Notes: generated from the sequence alone by a model not told the origin. DNA of 64,000 bases from Candidatus Bathyarchaeota archaeon (GCA_023512225.1 JAIMAA010000001.1:8876-72875); one strand, 5' to 3'. Counted from the first letter of the stretch, positions 31,105 through 42,434 are shown. Translations and numbers: made by a program.

Positions 31105-34100
31105 ATGGCAAAAGACAAAGTTGGAGCCGCACTTGTGATCGGCGGAGGGGTCGCCGGAATACAAGCATCCTTAGACTTGGCAGATTCTGGGTTTAAAGTG
31201 TACCTGGTTGATGAAGGCGCAAGCATTGGCGGCGTTATGGCTCAACTTGACAAAACATTTCCAACAAACGACTGTTCAATGTGCATTCTCTCGCCTAAAC
31301 TTGTGGCAACTGGAAGACACCCGAACATCACAATCCTGACAAACACAGAAATATTAGGCTTAGATGGCGAAGCTGGAAACTTCGAAGTGAAACTTCGAAA
31401 ACGCAGCCGTTACATAATCGAAGAAAAATGCAACGGCTGCGGCTTATGCGCACAAAAATGTCCAATTGAAGCTGTTGACATGTATAATGAAGGTTTAAGC
31501 GAAAGAGGCGCAATTTACGTTGACTATCCGCAAGCAGTTCCGCTGAAATACAAAATAGACCGTGAAAAATGCATTGGATGCGAAACATGCTATGAAATCT
31601 GCAAAGCGAAAGCAGTAGCCTATGACCAGCAGGACAGCGAAGCCACGCTCAAAGTGGGCTCAATAATCCTTGCGCCTGGCTTCGAGCCTTTCGACGCAAG
31701 ATTAAAAACCGAATATGGTTATGGACGTTATCCAAACGTGGTGACAAGCATAGAATTCGAACGCATCTTAAGCGCCTCTGGACCCTACGGCGGACTTGTC
31801 GTGCGTCCTTCGGATGGCGAGATTCCAAAGAAAATCGCGTTTATTCAATGTGTGGGTTCGAGAGACTATCAGCTTGGCAACACCTATTGTTCCGCGGCGT
31901 GCTGCATGTACGGCATGAAAGAGGCAGTAATAGCCAAAGAACACACGCCAACCAAGCTGGAGCCAACAATCTTTTACATGGACTTACGAGCTTACGGAAA
32001 AGAATTCGACGCCTACTACAACCGCGCTAAAGAAGAGTGGGGCATAAAATTTGTGAGGTCAAGGGTTGCAGGTGTGACTGAAGACCCGCTGACCGGCAAC
32101 CTTTTCGTTCATTACGTTGAGGATGAAACGCCAAAAACAGAAGAGTTCGACATGGTTGTCCTATCCATCGGAATGCAACCGCCAAAAAGCGTTGAAAAAC
32201 TCGCTGAGGCTTTGGGAATAAAACTTAACAAATACAACTACTGCGAAACCGGACACTTCACACCATTGGAAACATCCAAACCCGGCATATTCGTTTGCGG
32301 AGCCTTCAGCGCTCCAAAAGACATTCCCGAAAGCGTGGCGCAAGCAAGTGGAGCAGCAGCCAAAGCAATGAACGTGATAGCCACTGAAAGAGGAAAACTC
32401 GTGACAGTTAAGGAGTATCCGCCAGAAAGAGACATTAGCCAAGAAGAGCCGCGCATAGGAGTTTTCGTCTGTCACTGCGGAATCAACATTGGCGGAGTCA
32501 TCAACGTTCCAGAAGTTGTGGAATACGCTAAAACCTTGCCTTACGTAGTTTATGCTGAAGCTAACCTTTACACTTGCTCACAGGATACGCAGAAGCTCAT
32601 TCGAGAAAAAATCCAGCAACACAATCTCAACCGCGTCGTCGTAGCCTCCTGCACGCCACGAACTCATGAGCCACTATTCAGAGAGACAGTTCAAGAGGCT
32701 GGCTTAAACCCCTACTTGTTTGAGATGACCAACATACGCGACCAGTGCAGTTGGGTGCACATGCACGAGCCGAAAGAAGCCACAGAAAAAGCCAAAGACC
32801 TTGTCCGCTCAATAGTTGCCAAAGCTAAACTCTTAAAACCGCTTAAGAAACCGGAAATTAGCGTCACACCAATCGGATTAGTCATAGGCGGCGGAGTTTC
32901 CGGCATGACTGCAGCACTTGAGCTTGCAAGGCAAGGGTTTGAAGTGCATCTTGTCGAGCGGGAGAAAGAGCTTGGCGGGCACCTACGCACTATTCATTAT
33001 TTATTGGAAAAAGAGGAAGACCCGAAAGAACGGCTTAACGCATTAATAAAAGAAGTTATGGAAAACGAGAAGATACACGTTCACTTAGATTCGGAAGTGG
33101 CAGAAGTCAGCGGTTTCGTTGGCAACTTCAAATCAAAAATAAAACTGCACAACGGCAAAGAGGAAGAAGTTGAACATGGCATCGTCATAGTCGCCACAGG
33201 CGCAACTGAATACAAACCAAAAGAATATCTTTACGGTAAAGACCCGCGCGTGATGACACAACATGAGCTGGAAGAAAAACTTGCAAACGGCAAATTCAAA
33301 GCTAAAAACGTGGTTATGATTCAGTGTGTAGGCGCTCGAAACGAGGAAAGACCGAACTGCTCGCGGATATGTTGCGGACAAGCAATAAAAAATGCTTTAA
33401 AAATCAAAGAGTTAAGCCCCGAAACAGAAGTCTACGTTTTATTCAAGGACATTCGCTCTTACGGTTTCAAGGAAGACTACTATCGAGAAGCCGCACAAAG
33501 AGGAGTCCTATTCATAAACTACGAAGACGAGAGGAAGCCACAAGTAACAAACACTGGCGGGAAATTAAAAGTGTCTTTCTGGGAGCCCGTTTTGAAAGAA
33601 ACAGTTGAAATTGAACCAGACTTTCTAATCTTAAGCGCCGCAACAATCCCCAACCCAGACAACAAGCACATTGCTGAAATGCTGAAGGTGCCCTTAACAA
33701 AGGACGGCTTTTTCTTAGAAGCCCACATGAAACTTCGCCCAGTTGACTTTGCTACTGAAGGCGTTTTCTTGTGCGGAATGGCTCATTCGCCAAAATATAT
33801 TGACGAAAGCATAGCACAGGCATGCGCAGCCGCAGCGAGAGCCACAACCATACTTTCGAAACCTACGCTTGAGATGGAAGGAATTGTGGCAAACGTGAAC
33901 GAAGATTTATGTAGCGGTTGTAGGATTTGTGAATATCTATGCCCGTACGGTGCCATAGAAATGAAGGAAAAAGACGGCAATTTTACAGCACACGTAATTG
34001 AAGCCTTATGCAAAGGCTGCGGAGCCTGCGGCACGGCATGTCCAACCAAAGCAATCATAATGGGACACTTTACCACGGAAGAGATACTTGCCCAAGTTAA

Positions 34101-34128
34101 AGCTGCACTTGTGGAGGTGCAAGCATGA
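31105..34128 (+). CDS. hdrA: Large tandem HdrA-like flavoprotein
   Basis: Two FAD modules (GGGVAG; GGGVSG), [27 protein letters not shown], ferredoxin motifs. Confidence 0.88.
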   Translation: MAKDKVGAALVIGGGVAGIQASLDLADSGFKVYLVDEGASIGGVMAQLDKTFPTNDCSMCILSPKLVATGRHPNITILTNTEILGLDGEAGNFEVKLRKRSRYIIEEKCNGCGLCAQKCPIEAVDMYNEGLSERGAIYVDYPQAVPLKYKIDREKCIGCETCYEICKAKAVAYDQQDSEATLKVGSIILAPGFEPFDARLKTEYGYGRYPNVVTSIEFERILSASGPYGGLVVRPSDGEIPKKIAFIQCVGSRDYQLGNTYCSAACCMYGMKEAVIAKEHTPTKLEPTIFYMDLRAYGKEFDAYYNRAKEEWGIKFVRSRVAGVTEDPLTGNLFVHYVEDETPKTEEFDMVVLSIGMQPPKSVEKLAEALGIKLNKYNYCETGHFTPLETSKPGIFVCGAFSAPKDIPESVAQASGAAAKAMNVIATERGKLVTVKEYPPERDISQEEPRIGVFVCHCGINIGGVINVPEVVEYAKTLPYVVYAEANLYTCSQDTQKLIREKIQQHNLNRVVVASCTPRTHEPLFRETVQEAGLNPYLFEMTNIRDQCSWVHMHEPKEATEKAKDLVRSIVAKAKLLKPLKKPEISVTPIGLVIGGGVSGMTAALELARQGFEVHLVEREKELGGHLRTIHYLLEKEEDPKERLNALIKEVMENEKIHVHLDSEVAEVSGFVGNFKSKIKLHNGKEEEVEHGIVIVATGATEYKPKEYLYGKDPRVMTQHELEEKLANGKFKAKNVVMIQCVGARNEERPNCSRICCGQAIKNALKIKELSPETEVYVLFKDIRSYGFKEDYYREAAQRGVLFINYEDERKPQVTNTGGKLKVSFWEPVLKETVEIEPDFLILSAATIPNPDNKHIAEMLKVPLTKDGFFLEAHMKLRPVDFATEGVFLCGMAHSPKYIDESIAQACAAAARATTILSKPTLEMEGIVANVNEDLCSGCRICEYLCPYGAIEMKEKDGNFTAHVIEALCKGCGACGTACPTKAIIMGHFTTEEILAQVKAALVEVQA

Positions 34129-34562
34129 CTGAGAAAAACGGGTTTGAACCAAAAATCATCGGTTTCCTCTGCAACTGGTGCAGCTACGCAGGCGCAGACT
34201 TGGCCGGAGTAAGCCGAATCCAGTATCCACCAAACATAAGAATCATACGTGTCATGTGCAGCGGCAGAATCGACCCAACCTTCATTCTCGAAGCCTTCAA
34301 AAACGGCGCAGACGGCGTGCTCGTAGCCGGATGCCACCTACCTTCTGATTGCCACTACATTAGTGGAAACTTCAAAGCGCAGAGAAGGGTAACTCTTTTA
34401 AAGAAAGTTCTTCAAGATTTCGGAATCGAACCTGAACGCCTACGGTTGGAGTGGGTTTCAGCCAGCGAAGGCGACAAGTTCGCTGCAATCGTACGGGACA
34501 TGGTCGAACAAATAAAAAAGCTTGGACCAAGTCCATTAAAAAATGCGGAGGTTAAGGTTTAA
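34125..34562 (+). CDS. mvhD: Hydrogenase [2Fe-2S] subunit MvhD
   Basis: [39 protein letters not shown]. Confidence 0.93.
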   Translation: MTEKNGFEPKIIGFLCNWCSYAGADLAGVSRIQYPPNIRIIRVMCSGRIDPTFILEAFKNGADGVLVAGCHLPSDCHYISGNFKAQRRVTLLKKVLQDFGIEPERLRLEWVSASEGDKFAAIVRDMVEQIKKLGPSPLKNAEVKV

Positions 34563-35089
34563 TGGCTGAAGTTGAAAATAAAGAGCCGATTAAAGCGTCG
34601 GAAATGGACCCTAAATTCAAGTATGAAATTGCAAAAATGCATGGCGGAGAAAAACTGATGCGTTGTTTCCAGTGTGGAACATGCACTTCTGACTGTCCTG
34701 TCGCAAAATTCAGCGAGACATACAGACCTAGACAAATAATTCGTATGGCACAGCTTGGACTTAAAGACCGCGTGCTAAACAGCGACACATTATGGTTGTG
34801 CGCAGCATGTTTCACGTGTACAGACCGTTGTCCGCAAGATGTTGAAGTAGCCAGTGTAATCCGCGTACTGCGAAATCTGGCTGCGGAAAAAGGCATAGTG
34901 CCTCAAGTGTTTAAAGAGCAAGCTGTGAGCATTCTTGAGTCGGGTTATGCTTACAAGATTCCAGATTTGAGAATAAAGAAGCGGGAAACCTTAGGGTTGC
35001 CACCGCTGCCAAGGGGCAATTCTGAAGGCATAAAGAAAGCACTTCATGGAGTAAGCTTTCTAAAACATCTTGAAAAGAAAGGTGAGTAG
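34562..35089 (+). CDS. hdrC: Heterodisulfide reductase subunit C
   Basis: CFQCGTCTSDCP, WLCAACFTCTDRCP. Confidence 0.88.
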   Translation: MAEVENKEPIKASEMDPKFKYEIAKMHGGEKLMRCFQCGTCTSDCPVAKFSETYRPRQIIRMAQLGLKDRVLNSDTLWLCAACFTCTDRCPQDVEVASVIRVLRNLAAEKGIVPQVFKEQAVSILESGYAYKIPDLRIKKRETLGLPPLPRGNSEGIKKALHGVSFLKHLEKKGE

Positions 35090-35092
35090 AAA

Positions 35093-35983
35093 ATGGCTAA
35101 GAATCAGTATCTTATTTTCCTCGGATGCGCAATTCCCTATCGTGTCTCAGCCTACGAGATATCTGCCAGAAAAGTTCTCCAGAAACTAGGCGTTGAGCTT
35201 GTTGAAATGCCTGAATTCAACTGTTGCGGTCTCCCGCTCGACCCAGTCAGCCACGAAATGATGCTAATTCTTGCAGCTAGAAATTTGGCGTTGGCTGAAC
35301 AAAAGGGATTGGACATTATCACTCTGTGTCCCGGCTGCGCTGGAACTTTAAAGAAAGTTAACAAGATGCTTAAGGAAGACAAGGCGTTGCGGGAAGAAAT
35401 AAACAAGCATTTGAAAGAATCCGGTTTAGAATTTAAGGGAACAGTCAACGCGAAACACATAATGCAAGTTCTAATAGAAGATGTGGGTTTAGAAAAAATA
35501 AAAGATTCAGTTGTTAAACCGCTCACGATGCTCAAGGTGGCGGAGCACAACGGTTGCCACATACTACGACCCAAAGAATACATAGGATTCGACGACCCCG
35601 AAGACCCCCAAACGCTTAAAACTCTTATTGAGGCGACAGGCGCAACCTGTTTGGATTACATGGATGAGACAGAATGTTGTGGAGCGCCAAGCGTTGGTGT
35701 AAGCGACAAAGTAGCCTTACAACTTGCAAGGGACAAACTAAACCATGTTAAACAAGTCAGTGCAGAGGCTTTGATAACGATTTGTCCATTCTGCCACATA
35801 ATGTACGACACAAACGAGTTGCGCATAGAAAAAATGTTTAACGAAACCTATGGCATTCCAATTCTGCATTATCCACAACTGCTCGGTTTAGCCATGGGCA
35901 TGTCACCCGAAGAACTTGCGTTTAACGAATTGCGAGTTGACACTTCAAAAATAATAAAGCAAGTTGTTGAAGGTGAAAAATGA
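35093..35983 (+). CDS. hdrB: Heterodisulfide reductase subunit B
   Basis: FLGC, NCCG, CPGC, GCHILRP, CCGA, CPFCH. Confidence 0.88.
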   Translation: MAKNQYLIFLGCAIPYRVSAYEISARKVLQKLGVELVEMPEFNCCGLPLDPVSHEMMLILAARNLALAEQKGLDIITLCPGCAGTLKKVNKMLKEDKALREEINKHLKESGLEFKGTVNAKHIMQVLIEDVGLEKIKDSVVKPLTMLKVAEHNGCHILRPKEYIGFDDPEDPQTLKTLIEATGATCLDYMDETECCGAPSVGVSDKVALQLARDKLNHVKQVSAEALITICPFCHIMYDTNELRIEKMFNETYGIPILHYPQLLGLAMGMSPEELAFNELRVDTSKIIKQVVEGEK

Positions 35984-36967
35984 ATGGCAAAAGACAAGTT
36001 GAAATTAGCCTTTTATTGGGCTGCTAGTTGTGGAGGCTGCGAAATTGCAGTTTTAGACATTAACGAGAAAATCCTTGACGTCATACAAATCGCCGACATT
36101 GTTTTCTGGCCAGTAGCCATGGACATAAAATACAAAGACGTCGAAGCCATGCCAGACAAAAGCATAGACGTTTGCTTCTTCAACGGAGGAATACGAAACT
36201 CAGAACAAGAACACCTTGCCAAACTTTTGCGACAGAAATCAAAAATACTAATCGCCTATGGAGCATGCGCCCACCTCGGCGGCGTTCCCGGACTGGCTAA
36301 TTTGGCTAATAAGAAAGAAATCTTCGAAAAAGTTTATTTTAAGACTTTTTCAACGGCAAACTCTGAAAAGAAAACACCAAAACCAGAAGTTCACGTTAAA
36401 GAGGGAGAAGTGGACATACCAGAATTTTACGACACAGTCAGAACATTAGACCAAGTCGTTGACGTTGACTACTACGTTCCAGGCTGTCCACCAGCAGTCG
36501 AGCGCACGCTGTTCGCAGTTGAAGCCATAGCCAAAGGAGAATTGCCACCGAAAGGTTCGGTGCTTGCTCCATTAAAATCCGTTTGTGACGAGTGCCCAAG
36601 AAAGAAGGAGAACAAGAAAATCTCCAAAATATATCGTGTTTACGAAAAAACTCCTGAGCCAGAACGCTGCTTGCTTGAACAAGGAATAATCTGTATGGGA
36701 CCAGCAACTAGGGGCGGATGCGACGCCAGATGCTTAAATGCTGACATGCCATGCACCGGCTGTGGCGGTCCATGTCCCAACATGCCCGAGCAAGGTGCAG
36801 CAATGATAAGTGCCTTGGCTTCAATTCTCGGCTTGGAAGAAGAGAAAGAAAAGTATACAGAAGAGGATGTTGAAAAGCTCATGAGCCAAGTTAAAGACCC
36901 CATTGGGTCGTTCTACATGTACGCTTTGCCAGCGTCCATATTGAAGAGAAAGGTGATGAAAGAATGA
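35984..36967 (+). CDS. mvhG: Group 3c [NiFe]-hydrogenase small subunit, copy 2
   Basis: ASCGGC, YGACA, PGCPP, VCDECP, CMGPATRGGC. Confidence 0.9.
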   Translation: MAKDKLKLAFYWAASCGGCEIAVLDINEKILDVIQIADIVFWPVAMDIKYKDVEAMPDKSIDVCFFNGGIRNSEQEHLAKLLRQKSKILIAYGACAHLGGVPGLANLANKKEIFEKVYFKTFSTANSEKKTPKPEVHVKEGEVDIPEFYDTVRTLDQVVDVDYYVPGCPPAVERTLFAVEAIAKGELPPKGSVLAPLKSVCDECPRKKENKKISKIYRVYEKTPEPERCLLEQGIICMGPATRGGCDARCLNADMPCTGCGGPCPNMPEQGAAMISALASILGLEEEKEKYTEEDVEKLMSQVKDPIGSFYMYALPASILKRKVMKE

Positions 36968-38418
36968 AGAAGATACTTATAGACCCGATCACTCGGCTTG
37001 AGGGTCACGGAAAAATAGCCATATTCCTAAACGATGCCGGAGAAGTTGAAAACGCTTACCTACAAGTTCCCGAACTCAGAGGCTTCGAAAGATTCTGTAT
37101 AGGAAGAAAGGCAGAGGATATGCCGCTTTTGACCAGCAGAATCTGCGGTGTATGCCCAGTGGCGCATCACATGGCTGGAACAAAAGCTTTGGATGCTGCG
37201 TTTAATGTTGAGCCGCCTTCTGCAGCCAAAAAGCTCCGAGAGCTCATGTATTGTGGCTATTTCATTTATGACCACACACTGCATTTCTATTACCTCGGTG
37301 GACCAGATTTCGTTGTTGGTCCAGACGTCCCACCAGAAAAGAGAAACGTCATCGGCGTAATAGAAAAAGCCGGCTTAGAAATCGGCAAAGAAGTCATTAA
37401 GCATAGGGCTTATGGACAAAGAATAACCGAGTTAATCGGAGGAAAAGCCACTCACCCCGTCTGCGGATTACCGGGTGGAATGTCCAAACCTTTGAAAGAA
37501 GAGGAAAGACAAGAAATTGAGAAAATGGCAGAATCCTCTGTAAAGTTTGCTCAGTTCTCGTTGAAACTCTTTCATGACATTGTCTTAGGAAACAGCAAAT
37601 ACGTTGACCTTATTAAAAGCAACGCTTACACATTGAAAACTTATTACATGGGCACAGTTGACGAGAACAACAAAGTCAACTTTTACGACGGCAAAGTCCG
37701 CGTCGTCGACCCGTCTGGTAAAGAATTCGTAAAATTCGAACCAAAAGACTATTTGAACCACATTGTTGAGCACGTGGAAGAATGGACGTACGTGAAGTTC
37801 CCATACTTGAAGAAAGTCGGCTGGAAAGGCTACGTAGACGGAGCAGACAGCGGCGTTTACCGCGTTGGACCGCTTGGGCGACTTAACGCTTCAGAGGGCA
37901 TGGCTACGCCGCTTGCACAAGAAGAGTATAAAGTCATGTACAAGACTTTCGGCGGAAAACCAGTTCATTCAACCTTGGCTTTTCACTGGGCACGATTAAT
38001 TGAGCTGCTCTACGCTGCAGAACGCGCTTTGGAGTTAAGCAGAGACCCAGAGATAACAAGTAAGGAAGTACGTAACAAACCAGGCGAGCCTAGCGAAGGC
38101 GTGGGAATAGTTGAGGCTGCGAGAGGCACACTGATTCACCATTATATACTGGACAAAGATGCTTTGATTAAAGACCTAAACCTCATTGTCGCCACAACCA
38201 ACAACGCTCCCGCAATAAACATGTCAATCCGCGATGCAGCCAAAGGCTTGATTCACGGCGGCAAAGTGGACCAAGGCTTGCTCAACATGGTTGAAATGGC
38301 TTTCAGGGCTTACGACCCATGCTTTGGATGCGCCACACATTTTGCGGTTGGACAAATGCCGATGACGATAGAAATCTACGATAACAAAAAGAAGCTGCTT
38401 CGAACGGTGCAGCGGTAA
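36964..38418 (+). CDS. mvhA: Group 3c [NiFe]-hydrogenase large subunit, copy 2
   Basis: TRLEGHG, RICGVC, DPCFGCATH plus extension. Confidence 0.92.
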   Translation: MKKILIDPITRLEGHGKIAIFLNDAGEVENAYLQVPELRGFERFCIGRKAEDMPLLTSRICGVCPVAHHMAGTKALDAAFNVEPPSAAKKLRELMYCGYFIYDHTLHFYYLGGPDFVVGPDVPPEKRNVIGVIEKAGLEIGKEVIKHRAYGQRITELIGGKATHPVCGLPGGMSKPLKEEERQEIEKMAESSVKFAQFSLKLFHDIVLGNSKYVDLIKSNAYTLKTYYMGTVDENNKVNFYDGKVRVVDPSGKEFVKFEPKDYLNHIVEHVEEWTYVKFPYLKKVGWKGYVDGADSGVYRVGPLGRLNASEGMATPLAQEEYKVMYKTFGGKPVHSTLAFHWARLIELLYAAERALELSRDPEITSKEVRNKPGEPSEGVGIVEAARGTLIHHYILDKDALIKDLNLIVATTNNAPAINMSIRDAAKGLIHGGKVDQGLLNMVEMAFRAYDPCFGCATHFAVGQMPMTIEIYDNKKKLLRTVQR

Positions 38419-38466
38419 ACCTTTTCTTCTCTTTATGTGCTTTTTATGTTCTGATGGCGGTTTCTC

Positions 38467-38961
38467 TTGTCAAAAAGAAGTTACGGCATCAAGAAAGAGT
38501 TAGAAAAATGGCTTTCAGGCGCCGAGAAAATCGTTGTAGCAGGAATTGGAAATTCAATCCGCATGGACGACTACGTCGGAGTCAAGATTGTTCAAGATTT
38601 ACGTGGAAAAGTTTCAAACAACGTTCTTTTAATTGAATGCGAAACTGTACCAGAAAATTTCCTTCAACAAATAGTGAACTTTAACCCATCACATGTGCTC
38701 TTGATAGACGCGGCAGTTTTAGGCTTAAAACCCGGTGAATCACGTCTTATAAATCCAGAGCAACTAAAAAATTTTCCCGCATACACAACACATATGCTTC
38801 CACTGCGAATATTCTGCGAATATCTTGCCAAAACAACGAAAGCAAAAATTGCCCTTCTTTTAATAGAGCCTAAAAAAACTGATTTTGGAGAAGGATTAAC
38901 TCCAGAAATTGAGGCATCCGCGCAAAACATTGTTTATGTTATTCTTGGGCTTCATATTTGA
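38467..38961 (+). CDS. hycI: Hydrogenase maturation protease, HycI-like
   Basis: GIGN.IR.DD.VG, ETVPEN, IDAA, TTHMLPL; directly after mvhA. Confidence 0.85.
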   Translation: MSKRSYGIKKELEKWLSGAEKIVVAGIGNSIRMDDYVGVKIVQDLRGKVSNNVLLIECETVPENFLQQIVNFNPSHVLLIDAAVLGLKPGESRLINPEQLKNFPAYTTHMLPLRIFCEYLAKTTKAKIALLLIEPKKTDFGEGLTPEIEASAQNIVYVILGLHI

Positions 38962-38966
38962 ATAAA

Positions 38967-39491
38967 TTATTTTTCTGTCTTTTTTGTGAATTTAACATTC
39001 AAGGTTTTAGCCAGTTTTTTCAGTTCTTCTTCGCTCATCCATTCAGTTTTCAAATATTGCAGAATTCTCTCGTCACTTAATCCAAGCCTCCGCGCTTCTT
39101 CAACCGCCGCTGCGTAAGCTTCAATTTCTGTTGGTCTGTCAACGTAACTGTAATGGTTGTCGAAAAGCTCCTTTCCCTCCATGAATTGTTTCACATGTAC
39201 CAACTCGTGAATTACATCGAGGTAAATGTCGATTAAGTCGCCCTTGTTAAGGTAATGCGCGCTTACGAAAAGATGTCCGTCCTCGTCGCTGACGCCCATG
39301 TATCCTCTTCTTCCAACAAACTCTATCTTCAAATTGCGCAGCACTTCTTCGGTTTTTTCTCCAAATATTCGCCTTACTGCTTCAACATTCTCGAAGCCTT
39401 TGAAATAGTCGGTGAACGGGTGCATTGTTATTTTGGCTTTGCGGCGTATCTTAACCTTCAATTGCAAGTCTGTCGGCGCCCACCCTACCAT
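38967..39491 (-). CDS. Hypothetical protein with HExxH metallopeptidase-like motif
   Basis: IHELVH...EIEAY; true start uncertain (possibly 39425). Confidence 0.6.
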   Translation of the reverse strand: MVGWAPTDLQLKVKIRRKAKITMHPFTDYFKGFENVEAVRRIFGEKTEEVLRNLKIEFVGRRGYMGVSDEDGHLFVSAHYLNKGDLIDIYLDVIHELVHVKQFMEGKELFDNHYSYVDRPTEIEAYAAAVEEARRLGLSDERILQYLKTEWMSEEELKKLAKTLNVKFTKKTEK

Positions 39492-39591
39492 GTCTAATCA
39501 GTTTGTGATGTGTTCATTTAGTAAAATTTATTCCAGTATAATACCTTTTATCTGAAGCATCATTTAACAGACACATGAAAAAAGGGTTTGT

Positions 39592-40431
39592 ATGTTACGT
39601 GTTAAGAAAATGATGCCGGAAGATTTCGAATTTGCTGTTCATCTCACAGACACGCAAGGCTGGAATTTTGTAGAAGAAGACTTCAGGTTTATGACGGCTT
39701 TAGAACCGGAAGGCTGCTTCGTACTGTTTGATGATTCAAAGAGAATAGGAATTGTCACCTCAATAGGCTTTGACAAGCTTGGCTGGCTCGGAAACTTAAT
39801 AGTGGAAGAAAAATATCGAAGAAAAGGCGCTGGAGCGTTGCTTGTTAGAGGCGTCATAGAATATCTCTCAAGCAGGAATGTAAGCAATGTTGGTTTATAC
39901 GCTTACGTTAACACGATACCCTTTTACGAAAAACTCGGTTTCAAATACGATTTAGACTTCACTGTGTTTGAAGGAAAAGCCTTTGCCATGCCAGTTGAAT
40001 CCAATTTGAGAATTGCAAAAAAAGACGACTTCCAAAGAATCATCGATTATGATTCTTACTGGTTTGGTGCTTCTCGAAAAAAACTGCTCGACGCAATTCT
40101 GAGCAATTCTAATAATCTATGTCATTTGTCAATTGAAAGTGGACATGTGGTGGGATATGCTATGGCGAAAGTTTACGATGGAATAGCTGAAATAGGACCG
40201 TTAGTATGTTTAAGAGAACGTGAAGTTGTGGCAATTGACCTTTTGAAAGCCCTTTTTAGTAGACTTGATGGTTCTGAAGTCTCTTTGTGCTTGCCTAAAA
40301 AGGAATTAGCCCTAATCAATTTTCTTATACGCTCTGGATTCAGCGAACGTTTTCATGTGGCAAGAATGTTTTTAAAACCCTTCACTGCTAAAGACTGCTT
40401 CTACTTGGCGGAGTCTTTGGAGCGAGGTTGA
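39592..40431 (+). CDS. GNAT N-acetyltransferase (tandem GNAT)
   Basis: YRRKGAG acetyl-CoA motif, FYEKLGF, C-terminal IGPL. Confidence 0.85.
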   Translation: MLRVKKMMPEDFEFAVHLTDTQGWNFVEEDFRFMTALEPEGCFVLFDDSKRIGIVTSIGFDKLGWLGNLIVEEKYRRKGAGALLVRGVIEYLSSRNVSNVGLYAYVNTIPFYEKLGFKYDLDFTVFEGKAFAMPVESNLRIAKKDDFQRIIDYDSYWFGASRKKLLDAILSNSNNLCHLSIESGHVVGYAMAKVYDGIAEIGPLVCLREREVVAIDLLKALFSRLDGSEVSLCLPKKELALINFLIRSGFSERFHVARMFLKPFTAKDCFYLAESLERG

Positions 40432-40437
40432 TGCTGT

Positions 40438-41823
40438 TTGTCCTCTGATATGGCAAAGTTGCTGGTCGCAGATTTCCTTAAGAATTCATGGGGCTGTGTC
40501 GAAACCATAGTTAAAGAGCTAGTTAGCTTTAAGGAGCGAGAGAATGGAAGCAAAAAAAGAAACGTAAACTTATTCTACTTTAAGAATGAGCGAAGAAACG
40601 ATGTTACAGTGGAAGGGTGGCACTTTTTCCTTCGTACTTCTGTTGAATACTCAAATCCACAGTTGACAATAGAAGAAGTTCAAGGCTTAATCGCCGCTCG
40701 GCTACTTGAAGCCTGCGGAAACCACTTCCACACTTGCGGACTGCACGAGCCAGACGACAAAGACGTCAACGCAATCAGTGAAAGGCTGAAAAAACCCGCT
40801 GAAGGCTTAATTTTTCCTTTTCTACTAAACACGGACGACATAGAACCTGACAGGTATTCAATGAATCCTCTCAAAGAGTCAATAGTTAAAAGTGGGCAAA
40901 GTGCTTTTCCAGCGGCAAACGTCACCACGCGCGGGTTAGAGATAGACCAGAAATTTGCACAAAAATACGTTGGCTCGCTTATTTGCCAGAAAGAAATAGA
41001 ACTGATTGACCATTGCCTTAAATCCTGCGGAGACAGTTACATGGATATGGCTGATGCAGTAAAATACACGCAGCTTGAGCATTTCTCAGAAGCTTTTGGG
41101 ATTGACCTTAGGCTTCCAGCCATACGGTTGCCGCTTGCAATTATGAAGAAAGAGACGGCGGATGGACTGTTGCATCATGTGATAAGAGAGGTGCATAAGG
41201 ACTATGAGGCTGTTGAGCGCGTTTACAGCTGCATCGGCAGAAGCATGAAAAGTCGAACAACGTTACTGACTATTCCTCATTCGCCCAAAGGCTTCGGCTC
41301 CAAACGTGCAGCTAAAGGAAAAATCTATTTTGCTGGGACGAAACTGAAAAATGTTAAAGTGGATTACGAGACAACGCCGCTTTATCCTAATGCAATCGAC
41401 CCCAAAGACGTCAGCGTTGCCGTGGCAGACGACCATTTCACAATTGAAGGCGAAAAACTTGTTAGCTACAATTTCAATGAGACTCCTTCTTCGCCTCAAT
41501 TCTTTCTTTATATCTTGGCTTCGCCAGAAAACGCGGCATTGTGGCATGGAATAGGCGCTTTTGGCGCTTCTCAGCTTGTAAAAAGCTACGTTACTGTACG
41601 CTTAGCGTGTAGCCGAGACTCGTTAATCAAAGATTTGAAAGAAAAATATGGGTTAGCCATGGAAATTCCTTTGCAGTTTAATCTTGTGCCAGAGTTTATG
41701 TGGGCGCATCCAGTGCATCATAACATAGACGCAAGCATAGGCTGTGTGGAAAATTTGGTTGAAGTAGCTAAAAGAGGTATGAAAATAGAGGCTCTTCCAG
41801 CCTCAAGCTTTATTCGCGTTTGA
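40438..41823 (+). CDS. Hypothetical protein, unrecognised family
   Basis: 461-codon ORF tightly packed between the GNAT and MBL genes; no motif recognised. Confidence 0.7.
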   Translation: MSSDMAKLLVADFLKNSWGCVETIVKELVSFKERENGSKKRNVNLFYFKNERRNDVTVEGWHFFLRTSVEYSNPQLTIEEVQGLIAARLLEACGNHFHTCGLHEPDDKDVNAISERLKKPAEGLIFPFLLNTDDIEPDRYSMNPLKESIVKSGQSAFPAANVTTRGLEIDQKFAQKYVGSLICQKEIELIDHCLKSCGDSYMDMADAVKYTQLEHFSEAFGIDLRLPAIRLPLAIMKKETADGLLHHVIREVHKDYEAVERVYSCIGRSMKSRTTLLTIPHSPKGFGSKRAAKGKIYFAGTKLKNVKVDYETTPLYPNAIDPKDVSVAVADDHFTIEGEKLVSYNFNETPSSPQFFLYILASPENAALWHGIGAFGASQLVKSYVTVRLACSRDSLIKDLKEKYGLAMEIPLQFNLVPEFMWAHPVHHNIDASIGCVENLVEVAKRGMKIEALPASSFIRV

Positions 41824-41840
41824 AATGAAGGTGAACGTTT

Positions 41841-42434
41841 ATGTTTTTTAGGCAAATCAAACAGCGTGGCGATAACTTCTCCTACATAATCGCAGACGAA
41901 AAAACAAAAGAAGCTGCTGTCATAGATTCCAGCTTTAACACAGACGCAATAATACGGATTCTGAAGAGCCAAAACTTCAGCTTAAAATATATAATTAACA
42001 CGCACAGTCACAGCGACCACACAGCAGGCAATGAGGATTTAAAGGCTTGTTGCGGCGGCAAGATTGTTGCTCACATTTTAGCTAAAATTAATAAAGATAT
42101 AAGCGTCGACGACGGTGACCTTCTGGCGGTTGGCAAAACAATCATCAAAGTCATTCACACACCTGGGCACACTCGCGACAGTATATGTCTTTTAGCAGAT
42201 GGCAAACTATTCACAGGCGACACCTTGTTTGTTGGAGAATGCGGCAGAACAGACTTGCCGGGCGGAAGTTCCGAAGACATGTACCACAGCCTGTTCACGA
42301 AATTAATGAAGCTTGATGACAATGTTGAAGTGTATCCCGGACATGATTATGGGTCTCGTCCTTATTCTACAATTGGATATGAGAAGCGAACAAATTACAC
42401 GTTAGAGAAGTTTATAGAATTCATGAAAAACTGA
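41841..42434 (+). CDS. MBL-fold metallohydrolase (glyoxalase II/ETHE1-like)
   Basis: THSHSDH, HTPGHT, FTGDTLF, YPGHDY. Confidence 0.88.
   Translation: MFFRQIKQRGDNFSYIIADEKTKEAAVIDSSFNTDAIIRILKSQNFSLKYIINTHSHSDHTAGNEDLKACCGGKIVAHILAKINKDISVDDGDLLAVGKTIIKVIHTPGHTRDSICLLADGKLFTGDTLFVGECGRTDLPGGSSEDMYHSLFTKLMKLDDNVEVYPGHDYGSRPYSTIGYEKRTNYTLEKFIEFMKN

Noticed and set aside
19143..38418. Selenocysteine recoding in Mvh/Hdr
   Set aside because: All ligand positions are Cys codons in uninterrupted ORFs.
10657..38961. Evidence for methanogenesis
   Set aside because: Hdr/Mvh alone is not diagnostic; no mcr or mtr in the window.
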